From a virus (taxonomy: Duplodnaviria > Heunggongvirae > Uroviricota > Caudoviricetes), in IMG/VR virus record IMGVR_UViG_3300031088_000735: a stretch of DNA of 64,000 nucleotides; one strand, given 5' to 3'. Below, in pieces: positions 1 through 9,124 of the stretch. A program made the translations under genes and the position numbers. The notes beneath the pieces were generated by a model. The model did not search any database, was not told where the DNA came from, and saw nothing but the letters and a program-made list of their open reading frames with translations. How positions within the stretch are numbered: the stretch's first letter is position 1; the number at the start of each line of letters is the position of its first letter.

Positions 1-300
1 TTTACCATTCCAACGTTCTACAAATCATTCCCCATTTCTATTTATGAACTCAATGGCAAGTTTTATGTTTCGGTGCCTAAAGAATCCACTGAAGTTGGTC
101 ATCCTGAGAATGAAACCTTTATTTTTGAAGGTGAATCAGCACAAGTAGATATTGCTACTCTGGTTAGTCATCGCTATCGTCATCGTGTTTTTCATTCGAC
201 GTTTAAGCGTCATTTTGATAAATACTATGAAGATGATATTCAATTTGAAGGCACTGACATTTGGGCAACCGTTCAGCTAATGGATGCCATGAAAATTTAG
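1..300 (+). CDS. 3' end of a CDS that starts upstream of the window; hypothetical protein
   Basis: Frame 1 is open from base 1 to the TAA at 298-300, so the gene begins upstream. No recognisable motif. Confidence 0.5.
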   Translation, partial: FTIPTFYKSFPISIYELNGKFYVSVPKESTEVGHPENETFIFEGESAQVDIATLVSHRYRHRVFHSTFKRHFDKYYEDDIQFEGTDIWATVQLMDAMKI

Positions 301-360
301 TCAACCTTGACGAAAACCTTAATTTCATGTAGAATTGTCAGACACATCAGGAGTATATCA

Positions 361-843
361 ATGCAAGAATTGGCTTCCATCATTAAAGAATTCATGTTGA
401 AACAAGGCGAAACCATCTCGGTAGCTGAAAGCTTGACCAGTGGTTATCTGCAGGCTCATATGTCGGCCATCGCAGGATCTTCAAAGTATTTTGTAGGTGG
501 TATCACTGCTTACAACATCGACATTAAAGTCAAGTTTCTGAATGTTGATCGAGCTAATGCCGAAACATGCGATTGTGTCAGCGAACAAACTGCTGTTGAA
601 ATGGCTGAAGGTGTCGTTGAACTGTTTGATACCGATTATGGTATTGCAACCACTGGTTATGTCGATACCAACAATCCCAAAGGTATTCCGCATGCTCATT
701 TGGCGATTTATTCTCGTAAAAAACGCAAGTTGCATAGCTTCTTGATGACTTGCACTCATTTGACCGAAAGACCAGCAATTCAGGCATATTTTGCTAGACT
801 TGCAACCGAAAAGTTGGTAAAATTCTTAACAGTTGACATCTAA
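361..843 (+). CDS. pncC: CinA C-terminal-domain protein / NMN deamidase (PncC-like)
   Basis: ATG at 361 with RBS caggag. Motifs SVAESLTSGYL...AIAGSS.YF.GG..AY match the PncC/CinA consensus (TAESCTGG...IAGSS.WF.RG.V.YSNEAK). Confidence 0.7.
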   Translation: MQELASIIKEFMLKQGETISVAESLTSGYLQAHMSAIAGSSKYFVGGITAYNIDIKVKFLNVDRANAETCDCVSEQTAVEMAEGVVELFDTDYGIATTGYVDTNNPKGIPHAHLAIYSRKKRKLHSFLMTCTHLTERPAIQAYFARLATEKLVKFLTVDI

Positions 844-866
844 CCACTTAAAAAAAGGTTCTTTTC

Positions 867-1313
867 ATGCACACTATTAAAGCCGCAACTAATCAAGAAC
901 TCGTTTTGGTTCGTGGTCACTCGGGCAGTGGCAAATCCACTTTCGCCAGTTCATTTGTTCCGTTTGGTTACAAGCACTTCGAAAACGACAGTTTCTTTGT
1001 CGGTGAAGATGGCGTTTATAAATTCGACTTCGCTTTCCATCAGGTGGCTAAAGATGAATGTGTCAAGAAAGCCGTTCAAGCTTTGCTGGATGGTGAATCG
1101 GTTGTTGTGAGTAACACCTTCACCAAAGTCATCGAAATGGATTCGCTTGTTGCTTTTGCAAAAGAGCTGGGTATCGACATCCGTGTTTTCGAGATGGAAA
1201 ACGATTACGAGAATACCCATAACGTGCCAGAAGCTGTAATTGTTGAAAAGAAGGCCGCTTTTGAGCCGATTGAGACGGCTTTCAAGGTTAATGGTGATTA
1301 TGTAGTCATTTGA
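867..1313 (+). CDS. P-loop NTPase, polynucleotide-kinase-like (kinase domain only, no phosphatase domain)
   Basis: Walker A VLVRGHSGSGKSTFA resembles the T4 Pnk kinase motif (GCPGSGKSTWA). Only 148 aa; terminator follows at 1331-1357. Confidence 0.5.
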   Translation: MHTIKAATNQELVLVRGHSGSGKSTFASSFVPFGYKHFENDSFFVGEDGVYKFDFAFHQVAKDECVKKAVQALLDGESVVVSNTFTKVIEMDSLVAFAKELGIDIRVFEMENDYENTHNVPEAVIVEKKAAFEPIETAFKVNGDYVVI

Positions 1314-1330
1314 GTTAAAACGCTCTAAAA

Positions 1331-1357
1331 AAGCCTCACAAATGTGGGGCTTTTTAT
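1331..1357 (+). terminator. rho-independent terminator
   Basis: 10-bp stem aagcctcaca/tgtggggctt followed by a T-run. Confidence 0.6.
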
Positions 1358-1373
1358 TGACGACTAAAAAACA

Positions 1374-1402
1374 TTGCCAAAAAACTTGTTTTTGTGTATA
1401 AT
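1374..1402 (+). promoter_or_regulatory. sigma70-type early promoter
   Basis: -35 ttgcca, 17-nt spacer, extended -10 tgtgtataat. Same architecture recurs before most genes in the window. Confidence 0.55.
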
Positions 1403-1475
1403 CAGCTACTCGAAGAAAAAGAACACTATCATGTAGCTATTAAATAACCTTATTAACCAATAGTGACTATCCAAC

Positions 1476-1925
1476 ATGGCTAAGAAGACCAAACCAAAGT
1501 TTACACTGCCAGAACAACCAAGTGTTGAAGTGCTTCGCTTGGAAACGGTTGATGGTTGTGGTATTTACAAGAGCAATCCCAACACTACTGGTTTTTCTTG
1601 GGGAGCGGTGACCACTACCGAGGAATCCCTTTGGTGTCAAGTAACCAATAACTTTCAAGACAGTTCAGTACATCCTAATCCTTGCCAAGAATTTGGCCTT
1701 GAAATGGATTACTGGCCTGAACTCTTTTGTGGGTTTTCCAGCTTGGATCAATACCGTAACTGGCTATTCAATCCTTACTGGCGTAGGGCTTTTTCCGACC
1801 GTGGCGTGAAAATGGTCACTTACAAAGTGCCACGGGATGAAGTAAAATTTGGTCGAAAACAAGTTTTGTTCAACAAGAGTATGGCGACGAAAATCAAAGA
1901 AGAATCGTTGTCGAATTATTTTTAA
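1476..1925 (+). CDS. hypothetical protein
   Basis: 149-aa ORF downstream of the promoter at 1374-1402. Confidence 0.5.
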   Translation: MAKKTKPKFTLPEQPSVEVLRLETVDGCGIYKSNPNTTGFSWGAVTTTEESLWCQVTNNFQDSSVHPNPCQEFGLEMDYWPELFCGFSSLDQYRNWLFNPYWRRAFSDRGVKMVTYKVPRDEVKFGRKQVLFNKSMATKIKEESLSNYF

Positions 1926-1996
1926 ATTTATGAAAGAAAACTCTCATAAATGTATTTTTTGTGGTATAATGACTCAAATTAATGAGGGATGTAGAC

Positions 1997-2485
1997 ATGC
2001 CAAATTTTGAAGTCGGTGATGTGGTTATCAACCTGAATCAACTCCACCTTTGGAACAATACCTATCACTCGAAGCGTTTTATCGAGTCGATGCGGGAAAC
2101 GGTGACCGCCGTGAATGGCGAACTTTTTACAACTGATCCACATCAATCTCTGGATGAGCATGTTTCCGATAAAAGCATGTCAGCCCAACGAATTTTTCGG
2201 CAAGAAGATGGTCGTTGCATTGCCGATCCAAGCAGCTTTCGTTACAACCTGACAAAACATCCAGAAAGCATTCTTCATCGTGTAAATACTTGCTTTGACG
2301 CAGGCTATCACAAACTCAAAGCGGATGACAAAGAAGCTATTGATGACCTTGAAGACCAAATTGCAGTCCTTCAACAAAAATTGAATGACATCTACACTGG
2401 TAAGCGGCCTTTGACTTCGAACAAGACAGTTCGTGAACACCATGACGATTGTGTGAAAGCGGTTATGGAAAAATTGAAGGTCTGA
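1997..2485 (+). CDS. hypothetical protein (coiled-coil C-terminus)
   Basis: ATG 1997 with RBS gaggg; promoter tggtataat upstream; terminator ggagcttcggctcc at about 2508. Confidence 0.5.
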   Translation: MPNFEVGDVVINLNQLHLWNNTYHSKRFIESMRETVTAVNGELFTTDPHQSLDEHVSDKSMSAQRIFRQEDGRCIADPSSFRYNLTKHPESILHRVNTCFDAGYHKLKADDKEAIDDLEDQIAVLQQKLNDIYTGKRPLTSNKTVREHHDDCVKAVMEKLKV

Positions 2486-2544
2486 TTTCTCAAAAACACA
2501 TCTATTTTTAAGGAGCTTCGGCTCCTTTTTTGTTTAATAAACGT

Positions 2545-2573
2545 TTGACAGGAAGCTCTACTTGTCGTATAAT
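2545..2573 (+). promoter_or_regulatory. consensus sigma70 promoter
   Basis: Perfect ttgaca, 17 nt, tataat. Confidence 0.65.
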
Positions 2574-2660
2574 CACTGCATCCTCTACGAGCACTATCAA
2601 GTTATCGTATGGCACATTCTGTTGTCAATTTTTTTGACATTGGGAGCATTGGGAGGTCTA

Positions 2661-2798
2661 ATGTGCAGACACTCATTCCGCTGGGATTGGCCTCGACCAG
2701 TGGCGACCGTGAAGGGGAAAACGTCGTTAACTTTCTTAGCGAGAAAGGATCGAAAGACTTCGGCAATTGAGCTAGGTAGCGACTGCTCTGCAATCTGA
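2661..2798 (+). CDS. small hypothetical protein (45 aa)
   Basis: RBS gggagg 5 nt before ATG 2661. The upstream part of ORF 2562..2798 overlaps the promoter, so the start must be internal. Confidence 0.3.
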   Translation: MCRHSFRWDWPRPVATVKGKTSLTFLARKDRKTSAIELGSDCSAI

Positions 2799-3106
2799 CT
2801 TGCTCAGATTGTAATATAGAGAAAATTCGATTACTGATGAGTTTTTTGTATATTACAATCAGCTATCATTTAACAAAGCCTTTTTGGTGAAAGCCATTAA
2901 GGCTTTTTTTTGCCATTTTTTTCTTTTATGTGCCTAAAAACCTATTCTGGTGGATTTACGCCACTTTGATTTTGTGATATTCTATACGATCAAAATTCAA
3001 TCAAGACATGTATCTAAAAAACTTAAAAATGAGTAAAAAAAGTGTTGTTCTCTTTGGGAAACCTTGCTATAATTCTCCTACACCAACCGAAACGGAGTTA
3101 CACCAG

Positions 3107-3457
3107 ATGACCACTTCTCAAGTAGCTGTTGCCACTGCCGACCGCACTACCGAAGAACTGACCGAAGGTCTTGAAAAACTTCGTCAACTCATGATTGAAG
3201 ATTATAACCGGGCAGGTTTCAATCTTGGCTATGACATCGAATTTGATTTTGGTGCAAAATATATCCGAGTTATCCATACCAATGGTAGCGGTAGTCGTAG
3301 CTGTGCAGGTTTTGTTTGCTGCGACCGCAAACATAAACAGTTTCAATTTGGTGATTTGTTGAAGTGTGCTTCGTGGAAAGCACCAGCCATGAACAAGGCT
3401 CGTGGTAGTGTTTTTGAGCTGGCTGGCAAACGAATTGCTTGGACTGGCATCCAGTAA
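3107..3457 (+). CDS. hypothetical protein, tandem paralog A (MTTSQ...WTGIQ)
   Basis: Promoter ttgctataat; RBS ggag; start and end mirror the downstream paralog. Confidence 0.55.
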   Translation: MTTSQVAVATADRTTEELTEGLEKLRQLMIEDYNRAGFNLGYDIEFDFGAKYIRVIHTNGSGSRSCAGFVCCDRKHKQFQFGDLLKCASWKAPAMNKARGSVFELAGKRIAWTGIQ

Positions 3458-3477
3458 GGATTGACCGCTCTACAAAT

Positions 3478-3499
3478 AAAGGGCTTCGGCCCTTTTTTT
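3478..3499 (+). terminator. rho-independent terminator
   Basis: aaagggcttcggccc plus T7; identical hairpin at 4061-4079. Confidence 0.65.
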
Positions 3500-3669
3500 G
3501 ATCTGGTGGTTTCTAATTTTATAGCTTGTTTATTGATTAATTTTTGTGTTAAAATAAAGTATCTTGATTTAAAATTGCAAAAACATTTAAAATAAACCAT
3601 TAAAAATGTTGTTTTTGATGATTTGTCTTGTTATAATAGCTCCACACAAACAAAGATGGAGTTACAGCT

Positions 3670-4035
3670 ATGACCACTTCCCAAGCCGTTCAAGCAGTTG
3701 TTACTCATGCTGATACCGAAAACAAGACAACTTCAGAACTTCTGGAAGCAATGGAAAATCTTCGCCAGATGATGGTTGAAAACTATGGCGAACAATCAGG
3801 TCGCATTCAGTATGATGTTTATTTTGAAGCAGGTAGCAAATATACTCGCCTTTACTACAAAACCAGTTGCCAAAGCATCTGCCTTGGATTTATCGTTAAT
3901 ACGAAGACTCACAAAAAGTTCCCTTTTGGCACTCTTTTGATGTCAGCCGGTTGGAAAGCACCAGCAGTTAACAAATCTCGCGGAAATATCTTTAATCTTG
4001 ACGCCACTCCTGTTAGTTGGACTGGTATCCAATAA
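3670..4035 (+). CDS. hypothetical protein, tandem paralog B (MTTSQ...WTGIQ)
   Basis: Shares MTTSQ N-terminus, a GWKAPA.NK.RG motif and WTGIQ C-terminus with 3107..3457. Confidence 0.6.
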   Translation: MTTSQAVQAVVTHADTENKTTSELLEAMENLRQMMVENYGEQSGRIQYDVYFEAGSKYTRLYYKTSCQSICLGFIVNTKTHKKFPFGTLLMSAGWKAPAVNKSRGNIFNLDATPVSWTGIQ

Positions 4036-4060
4036 CAATCAGCTAATAGTTACTGAGAAC

Positions 4061-4079
4061 GGGCTTCGGCCCTTTTTTT
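4061..4079 (+). terminator. rho-independent terminator
   Basis: gggcttcggccc plus T7. Confidence 0.65.
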
Positions 4080-4124
4080 CGTTTATTTTTAAATTATAGG
4101 TATCATTTTTAACTAATTTATGAT

Positions 4125-5375
4125 ATGATTGTCCAAACATTTCGAGGATTTTTTTTGAATATTACAACAATGACAGAAGACTTACAAAAGGTCATGAAAG
4201 ATGCGGTTTCTCGGCTCAATCTAGAATCTATTGATGCCTTTGCAAATAGAAATTATAACCTTGATAATGATAATCAGTTTTCTTTTGTGACAGTTGGTCC
4301 AATCAAAACTTATTTAATTACTCACAATGATGTGAGTGTTGTTTATGATTTCTTGCAGCTTTCGGATTCGACCATTCAAAATATTGAAAGAACCCGTCAA
4401 TTCATTGCCAATATTATCCCAGAAACAATAACAACACCTGTATTTTTTAATAAGGTCAAAATCAGAGCTAATGAACAGATTGAATTGTCCATTGGTGGTA
4501 AAGGAATCACTCGTTTCAGCATTGTTTTTACTGAAGGGGTTGTAACTGTGTCTACTGGACATAGTAAGAGTAATTCCTATCATGTTGATTGTTACGAAGC
4601 TCTTGATTTCATTATTAATACAGCGACCAATCAAATTATACCTTCATTTTTGGGGGCGATTGGCTTTGATTCGCAAAATGAACATTCGCCAGAAGTGGTT
4701 AACTTTATCAAAAAATCAGCCGAAGATATGTTCATAGAAAAAGGGATTGATCCACTTTTCAGTTATATCAAACCCGATGAGCTTATGCGTTTGGTATGTG
4801 ATGATTTAAATTTAAACTTAAATGATGTCATACGTTCTTTAAATTACACAGAAGGCGAGTCTTTTTTAAACCTTTACATTCCCAATAATTTAACTACAAT
4901 GATGTCTTCTATTGCTCGGCACGTTGTTAAAATTGATGAAATTAAGCCTAAACTAGACCAATTGTTTAGTTTGGTTGTTCTTTATAATTCGATAATCAAA
5001 AAAGAAACAAAATTTTCAGTATCATTTATGCCTATTCAAAAAAGTGACTTTTTTAAAGGGGCTGATTCTGACAAGTGTTTTTATACCTTTAATGTTGGCG
5101 AGACATTAACTATTAATATTGGTCATAATATTGTTAAAAAGCAGAAAGACGATAATGCTTATGTTGATGACAATAATGATACCAAATTTTTAAACTTCGT
5201 TTATTTGAAAGATCTCAAAACCTATGATTATAAAGAATACTTCACCAATGATATTGATTTCGTTTATAATGAAATATTGAATGAACTTCAAAACATGATT
5301 AAACAAGTTATCCATAAAGATGATAATTTGATTAGTTTCAAAGATCTGGAAGTTTATAAAATGGCTGTTCTCTAA
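4125..5375 (+). CDS. hypothetical protein (416 aa), first of an AT-rich paralog pair
   Basis: Long uninterrupted ORF in a segment much more AT-rich than its flanks. Distant similarity to the 5418..6638 product (C-terminal DIDFVYNEILNEL vs DNIDYIYTTVLNDI). Confidence 0.55.
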   Translation: MIVQTFRGFFLNITTMTEDLQKVMKDAVSRLNLESIDAFANRNYNLDNDNQFSFVTVGPIKTYLITHNDVSVVYDFLQLSDSTIQNIERTRQFIANIIPETITTPVFFNKVKIRANEQIELSIGGKGITRFSIVFTEGVVTVSTGHSKSNSYHVDCYEALDFIINTATNQIIPSFLGAIGFDSQNEHSPEVVNFIKKSAEDMFIEKGIDPLFSYIKPDELMRLVCDDLNLNLNDVIRSLNYTEGESFLNLYIPNNLTTMMSSIARHVVKIDEIKPKLDQLFSLVVLYNSIIKKETKFSVSFMPIQKSDFFKGADSDKCFYTFNVGETLTINIGHNIVKKQKDDNAYVDDNNDTKFLNFVYLKDLKTYDYKEYFTNDIDFVYNEILNELQNMIKQVIHKDDNLISFKDLEVYKMAVL

Positions 5376-5417
5376 TTAACTGGTTTATACACTTTTAACT
5401 TTTACTCCAACAACTTA

Positions 5418-6638
5418 TTGGTATTTTATATGAATGACAATTGCAAAAAACTTGAATCGCTAATCCACACATTTGCATCAGAGAAAAACATCCCTATTGT
5501 TGGAGTTTCTGCTGATTTAGATGGATTAAATCAATGTTCTTTTGCTAAGACCAAATCTAAGTTTATGTATTTAGTTGCTCATGATGATATTGATATTATT
5601 CAGAGACACTTTAATTTAAGTGAACGAACTTTTCAAAAAATAACAGATTTTAGACAATTTTCTTTTTCTGTTTATGATTCATCAAGTAAAACAAAACACA
5701 ATCGTTTAAAAGTGATATTGTCTGATGACAACACAATAGAACTTTCTATTCTTGGGTTAGGTTTAAGTTCTTTAATGATTAAACTAACAGACAATGATTT
5801 AATTATTTCTTTGATAGGCCAATATGATGAAATAAAAGCCCCTTTGCTGTCTTTTGATGATATTGATAGCACTCTTTCCATGTATTTGGATTTATTTAAA
5901 TTGCAAATTATTGAAAAACTTGGATTTGACAGTACTGATATTCATTTACGTGATTTCACAAAATTTATGAACATTTCAAATGAACAACTTTTGGAGTGCC
6001 ATTTTAATAGTCTTCCTTTTAACTATTTTTCAAACACTAACTTCATGAAAATTTTGAGTTCTATTTTTAATTATGATGTAACTAAAATTAAAGTTAATAA
6101 TGATGATAAAATCTCTATAGAAATTCCTTATCCTCTTTCTGATAGCATTCCTTATCTTGTTAAACAAGTTGTTCCACGAAAAAACGATGGTTACTCAATG
6201 ATACACCTTATTAATTTAATGAAATTCTATTATAACTTGATTGGTATTCCAGAAGAAAAAAATATTTTTGAGCTTTCATTTATTCGATTACAAAAGTCTG
6301 AATTATCTCCATCTAGTGATTTTAATCGTGTTTATTACTCAATACATTTAGGTGAAAAATTAGATATTTTTGTTGGATATAATCTTAAATATCACAATGA
6401 TTTTTACAATTGTATATTAGATCCAGCATCACCTGATCAGGGGACTTATTATATGTTTTCTACCAACATTATAAAAGAAGATTCATATAATCAGTCACAA
6501 ATATTCACTGACAATATTGATTATATTTATACAACTGTTTTAAATGACATTAAAGAGTATATCAACAAAATTATTAATAATACTGATGATCATTTAACTG
6601 AAAGACACCTTAATCTATTCAAGATGGTTATGATATAA
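5418..6638 (+). CDS. hypothetical protein (406 aa), second of the AT-rich paralog pair
   Basis: Follows 4125..5375 after a 42-nt gap with no intervening promoter or terminator. Shared motifs FxxIQKSD/FIRLQKSE and V/IGxNL. Confidence 0.55.
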   Translation: MVFYMNDNCKKLESLIHTFASEKNIPIVGVSADLDGLNQCSFAKTKSKFMYLVAHDDIDIIQRHFNLSERTFQKITDFRQFSFSVYDSSSKTKHNRLKVILSDDNTIELSILGLGLSSLMIKLTDNDLIISLIGQYDEIKAPLLSFDDIDSTLSMYLDLFKLQIIEKLGFDSTDIHLRDFTKFMNISNEQLLECHFNSLPFNYFSNTNFMKILSSIFNYDVTKIKVNNDDKISIEIPYPLSDSIPYLVKQVVPRKNDGYSMIHLINLMKFYYNLIGIPEEKNIFELSFIRLQKSELSPSSDFNRVYYSIHLGEKLDIFVGYNLKYHNDFYNCILDPASPDQGTYYMFSTNIIKEDSYNQSQIFTDNIDYIYTTVLNDIKEYINKIINNTDDHLTERHLNLFKMVMI

Positions 6639-7027
6639 TGTTCAATCTATTATTTTCCTTAAACTTTTTACTTCTAAAACGTCTGTATACATATTTTTTT
6701 GTTTACAGGCGTTGTTTTTTAGGTTATAGTCGTCCTGAGTTTCAACACTTCTTCGAAAGCTTATTGAGAAGTAATTTTTCGAAGTGGTGGCGGAATTCCA
6801 CCTTGCTGGCCGAAGACTATTGTGAAGGGAGTTGGGTATCGAATCCCAATGATATGTTACAAGGACAATAATCCTTGTATAACTCTAGTGAGACAAATGG
6901 CTCTGGCGTCCCGCCAGTTAAACGCACCTGCGGAATCAGGTCGAGGGGAAAAATTTCATTGAAATCCTTGTTAAATTACTTGGATTTTGTTATACTTTAA
7001 TTCATTTCAATCACGAAGGTATACGAT

Positions 7028-7345
7028 ATGACGCAGTTGACTGAAATCGCAAATCTGGAAGACAAGTCTGATCTGGCAGCGTTGATCTCTCAATCCGGTG
7101 TACTGCTTGACTTTGATCGATCTGGTAGCATCACAGCAGCGGAAATGGAATCTTTTCTTAATGAGCTTGATGCCATTACAGCCTCTTCTGAAAAGAAAGA
7201 ACGTTTTCTTCGTTTTAATCACAAAATTCGCAATAAAGGTTGTGAACTCAAACCACGGCTTTGCAACAAAAAAAGCATGGCTCGCTTCAAGCTGAGCAAC
7301 ATCCAACGAAAATATGAGTTTATGCTGACTGACGGCGAAGGCTGA
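7028..7345 (+). CDS. hypothetical protein
   Basis: RBS gaaggt; promoter tgttatact upstream. Confidence 0.5.
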   Translation: MTQLTEIANLEDKSDLAALISQSGVLLDFDRSGSITAAEMESFLNELDAITASSEKKERFLRFNHKIRNKGCELKPRLCNKKSMARFKLSNIQRKYEFMLTDGEG

Positions 7346-7370
7346 TTGTTTATTATTTAGGAGATTTATC

Positions 7371-7604
7371 ATGCGTGACACTATTAATAAACTGTTTGAT
7401 TGGAAAACCAACCCAGCCAGCGTTTTTTACGTTGCTATTCCACTGGCAGTGATTGCCGTAGGCTTGTTGTTTGCTCAAGCCTATCTGCAGTATAAGCTCA
7501 ATGATGACATTGGCTACTTTGTCATGTTTGGAATCTTTACAGTATTGTGTGCTATTGCTGGATTTCAAATGCGGCGTATCTGGAAAAAATCTTTTGGACG
7601 ATAA
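7371..7604 (+). CDS. small membrane protein (2 predicted TM helices)
   Basis: Hydrophobic segments VFYVAIPLAVIAVGLLFA and YFVMFGIFTVLCAIAGF; terminator at 7613-7640. Confidence 0.5.
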   Translation: MRDTINKLFDWKTNPASVFYVAIPLAVIAVGLLFAQAYLQYKLNDDIGYFVMFGIFTVLCAIAGFQMRRIWKKSFGR

Positions 7605-7658
7605 CCGTTTAATGTAAAAAAACCAGCTCATGCTGGTTTTTTATTGTCTATTACATTA

Positions 7659-8687
7659 TTAGTTTTTTGATTTTACATATATTTCTTTTAAACTTGTTAC
7701 ATCAAAGTGTGGAGCAGTTGCGTAAGAGAAGCTAGGGCAAATTCTGTTTGAACCACTAATACCAGCACCACCACAAGGGCCACCATTACCCGCTACAGGC
7801 CATAATCCAAATGTGTCAGTCATGTCGGTTGGTCTTTGTCCCGGCCATCCACCTGCCTCAGAGTAAAGCTTGGATGCTCCATTAGGTGTGTTTACAGAGA
7901 AGCCGCCTCCAATATTTTGGCCTTTTGCAAACGTACCGAATGTTTGCCATGCTCCAAACATACTTGTCCATGTTGGGTTAGCATTTTTCACCATCATTGC
8001 AGAACTTAAGTTTACAGAACCACTTGGCAATACTGGGAAGTTTGAGGTGTCATTTGAATAACTGAGTATTTTACCACCTCTCATCGCAACGTCTTGGAAG
8101 TTACGTTTTGTTGAACCAGCCGGAAGTTGTGTCCAACGACCAACCAATATCCAGTTACCACCAGAAGTATTCATATCAACATAAGCCTTTGCGGTATTAC
8201 CTTGACCATCAGAAATGTCATATATACCACTTTGACCGGCTACTGGGTTTACAATCATGAGATAGCTTGTTGATGTTCCAACCGCTTCTTTTGTGTCGGT
8301 CAGTCCTGTTGCTATTTTACTGTCATTTACATCGTTATACGCAGAACCTACGGTACGAATTTCACCTGTAGTTTGATTTTTTTCTTGCTTTATATAACTT
8401 TGATATTGAATACCTTTACAGTTTGTAGCTGTTTGTGTATAAGTTACATTGATCATTTCATCGGCTGGCAATGGTGCCCAATTAGTACATTCATAACGAT
8501 ATTTTGGATCAGATTTATCTGCGTCTGCCCATCCTAATGATTTTGGTTCAATTGCTAACCACTCAACTTGTTTAAACTTTACTTCTACTGTTCCCATTAT
8601 AACTTCATACTTTGCATATGATAGTCCACAGAAAAGAGCAAGAGATGCCATTGATATTACTTTTATCTTTTTGTTGTTCATAATCAT
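7659..8687 (-). CDS. secreted protein: signal peptide, one Cys-repeat module, distinct Gly/Trp-rich C-terminal domain
   Basis: N-terminus MIMNNKKIKVISMASLALFCGLSYA. Module CTNWAPLP...YTQTATNCKGIQYQ matches the repeats in 15281..16225 and 53393..54259. AT-rich divergent promoter region at 8690-8860. Confidence 0.6.
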   Translation of the reverse strand: MIMNNKKIKVISMASLALFCGLSYAKYEVIMGTVEVKFKQVEWLAIEPKSLGWADADKSDPKYRYECTNWAPLPADEMINVTYTQTATNCKGIQYQSYIKQEKNQTTGEIRTVGSAYNDVNDSKIATGLTDTKEAVGTSTSYLMIVNPVAGQSGIYDISDGQGNTAKAYVDMNTSGGNWILVGRWTQLPAGSTKRNFQDVAMRGGKILSYSNDTSNFPVLPSGSVNLSSAMMVKNANPTWTSMFGAWQTFGTFAKGQNIGGGFSVNTPNGASKLYSEAGGWPGQRPTDMTDTFGLWPVAGNGGPCGGAGISGSNRICPSFSYATAPHFDVTSLKEIYVKSKN

Positions 8688-8866
8688 GATAGTGTTTTTT
8701 GTTATTCTTTATAACTATCTTAATATTTTATAGTTGTTATTTCAAGCATTATAATACATTTATTTATTTTTTATTTAATTTAGAGGATTATTTTTATAAT
8801 TTTACTTTACTTAAAACCTGTTTTTTGCTATGATTAATCCATTCATAAAGCACAGGATACAAGAAA

Positions 8867-9124
8867 ATGACCCGAACATCAGAAGACGCTGCTCAGAATT
8901 CCCAACAATACACAATTACCGACCATTCCGGCTTCATCGAAGCTTCCGGGGCTTTCATTTACCGTGGATACTTGATTTCGTTTTCTACAATGGGGTATAA
9001 TCGTATGATTACACGCACCCCCGTGTTAGTTATCAATAACAATGGCAATGGTAGCATTGAAAAAGATTTTGACACCATTGAATCCGCCATCATCAACATC
9101 AATAGCTGGTTGGACAATAAGTAA
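8867..9124 (+). CDS. hypothetical protein
   Basis: 85-aa ORF. Confidence 0.45.
   Translation: MTRTSEDAAQNSQQYTITDHSGFIEASGAFIYRGYLISFSTMGYNRMITRTPVLVINNNGNGSIEKDFDTIESAIININSWLDNK

Noticed and set aside
2562-2660. Upstream portion of ORF 2562..2798
   Set aside because: The ATG at 2562 lies inside the consensus promoter (-10 at 2568-2573), so it cannot be translated from that transcript. Only the internal start at 2661 with a GGGAGG RBS is plausible.
6838-6862. T-arm-like hairpin GGGTATCGAATCCC, checked as a possible tRNA
   Set aside because: No matching acceptor, D or anticodon arms in the flanks; the loop is 8 nt, not 7.
6638-6871. 77-aa ORF after the AT-rich cassette
   Set aside because: Spans an obvious rho-independent terminator (about 6680-6720) and has no RBS.
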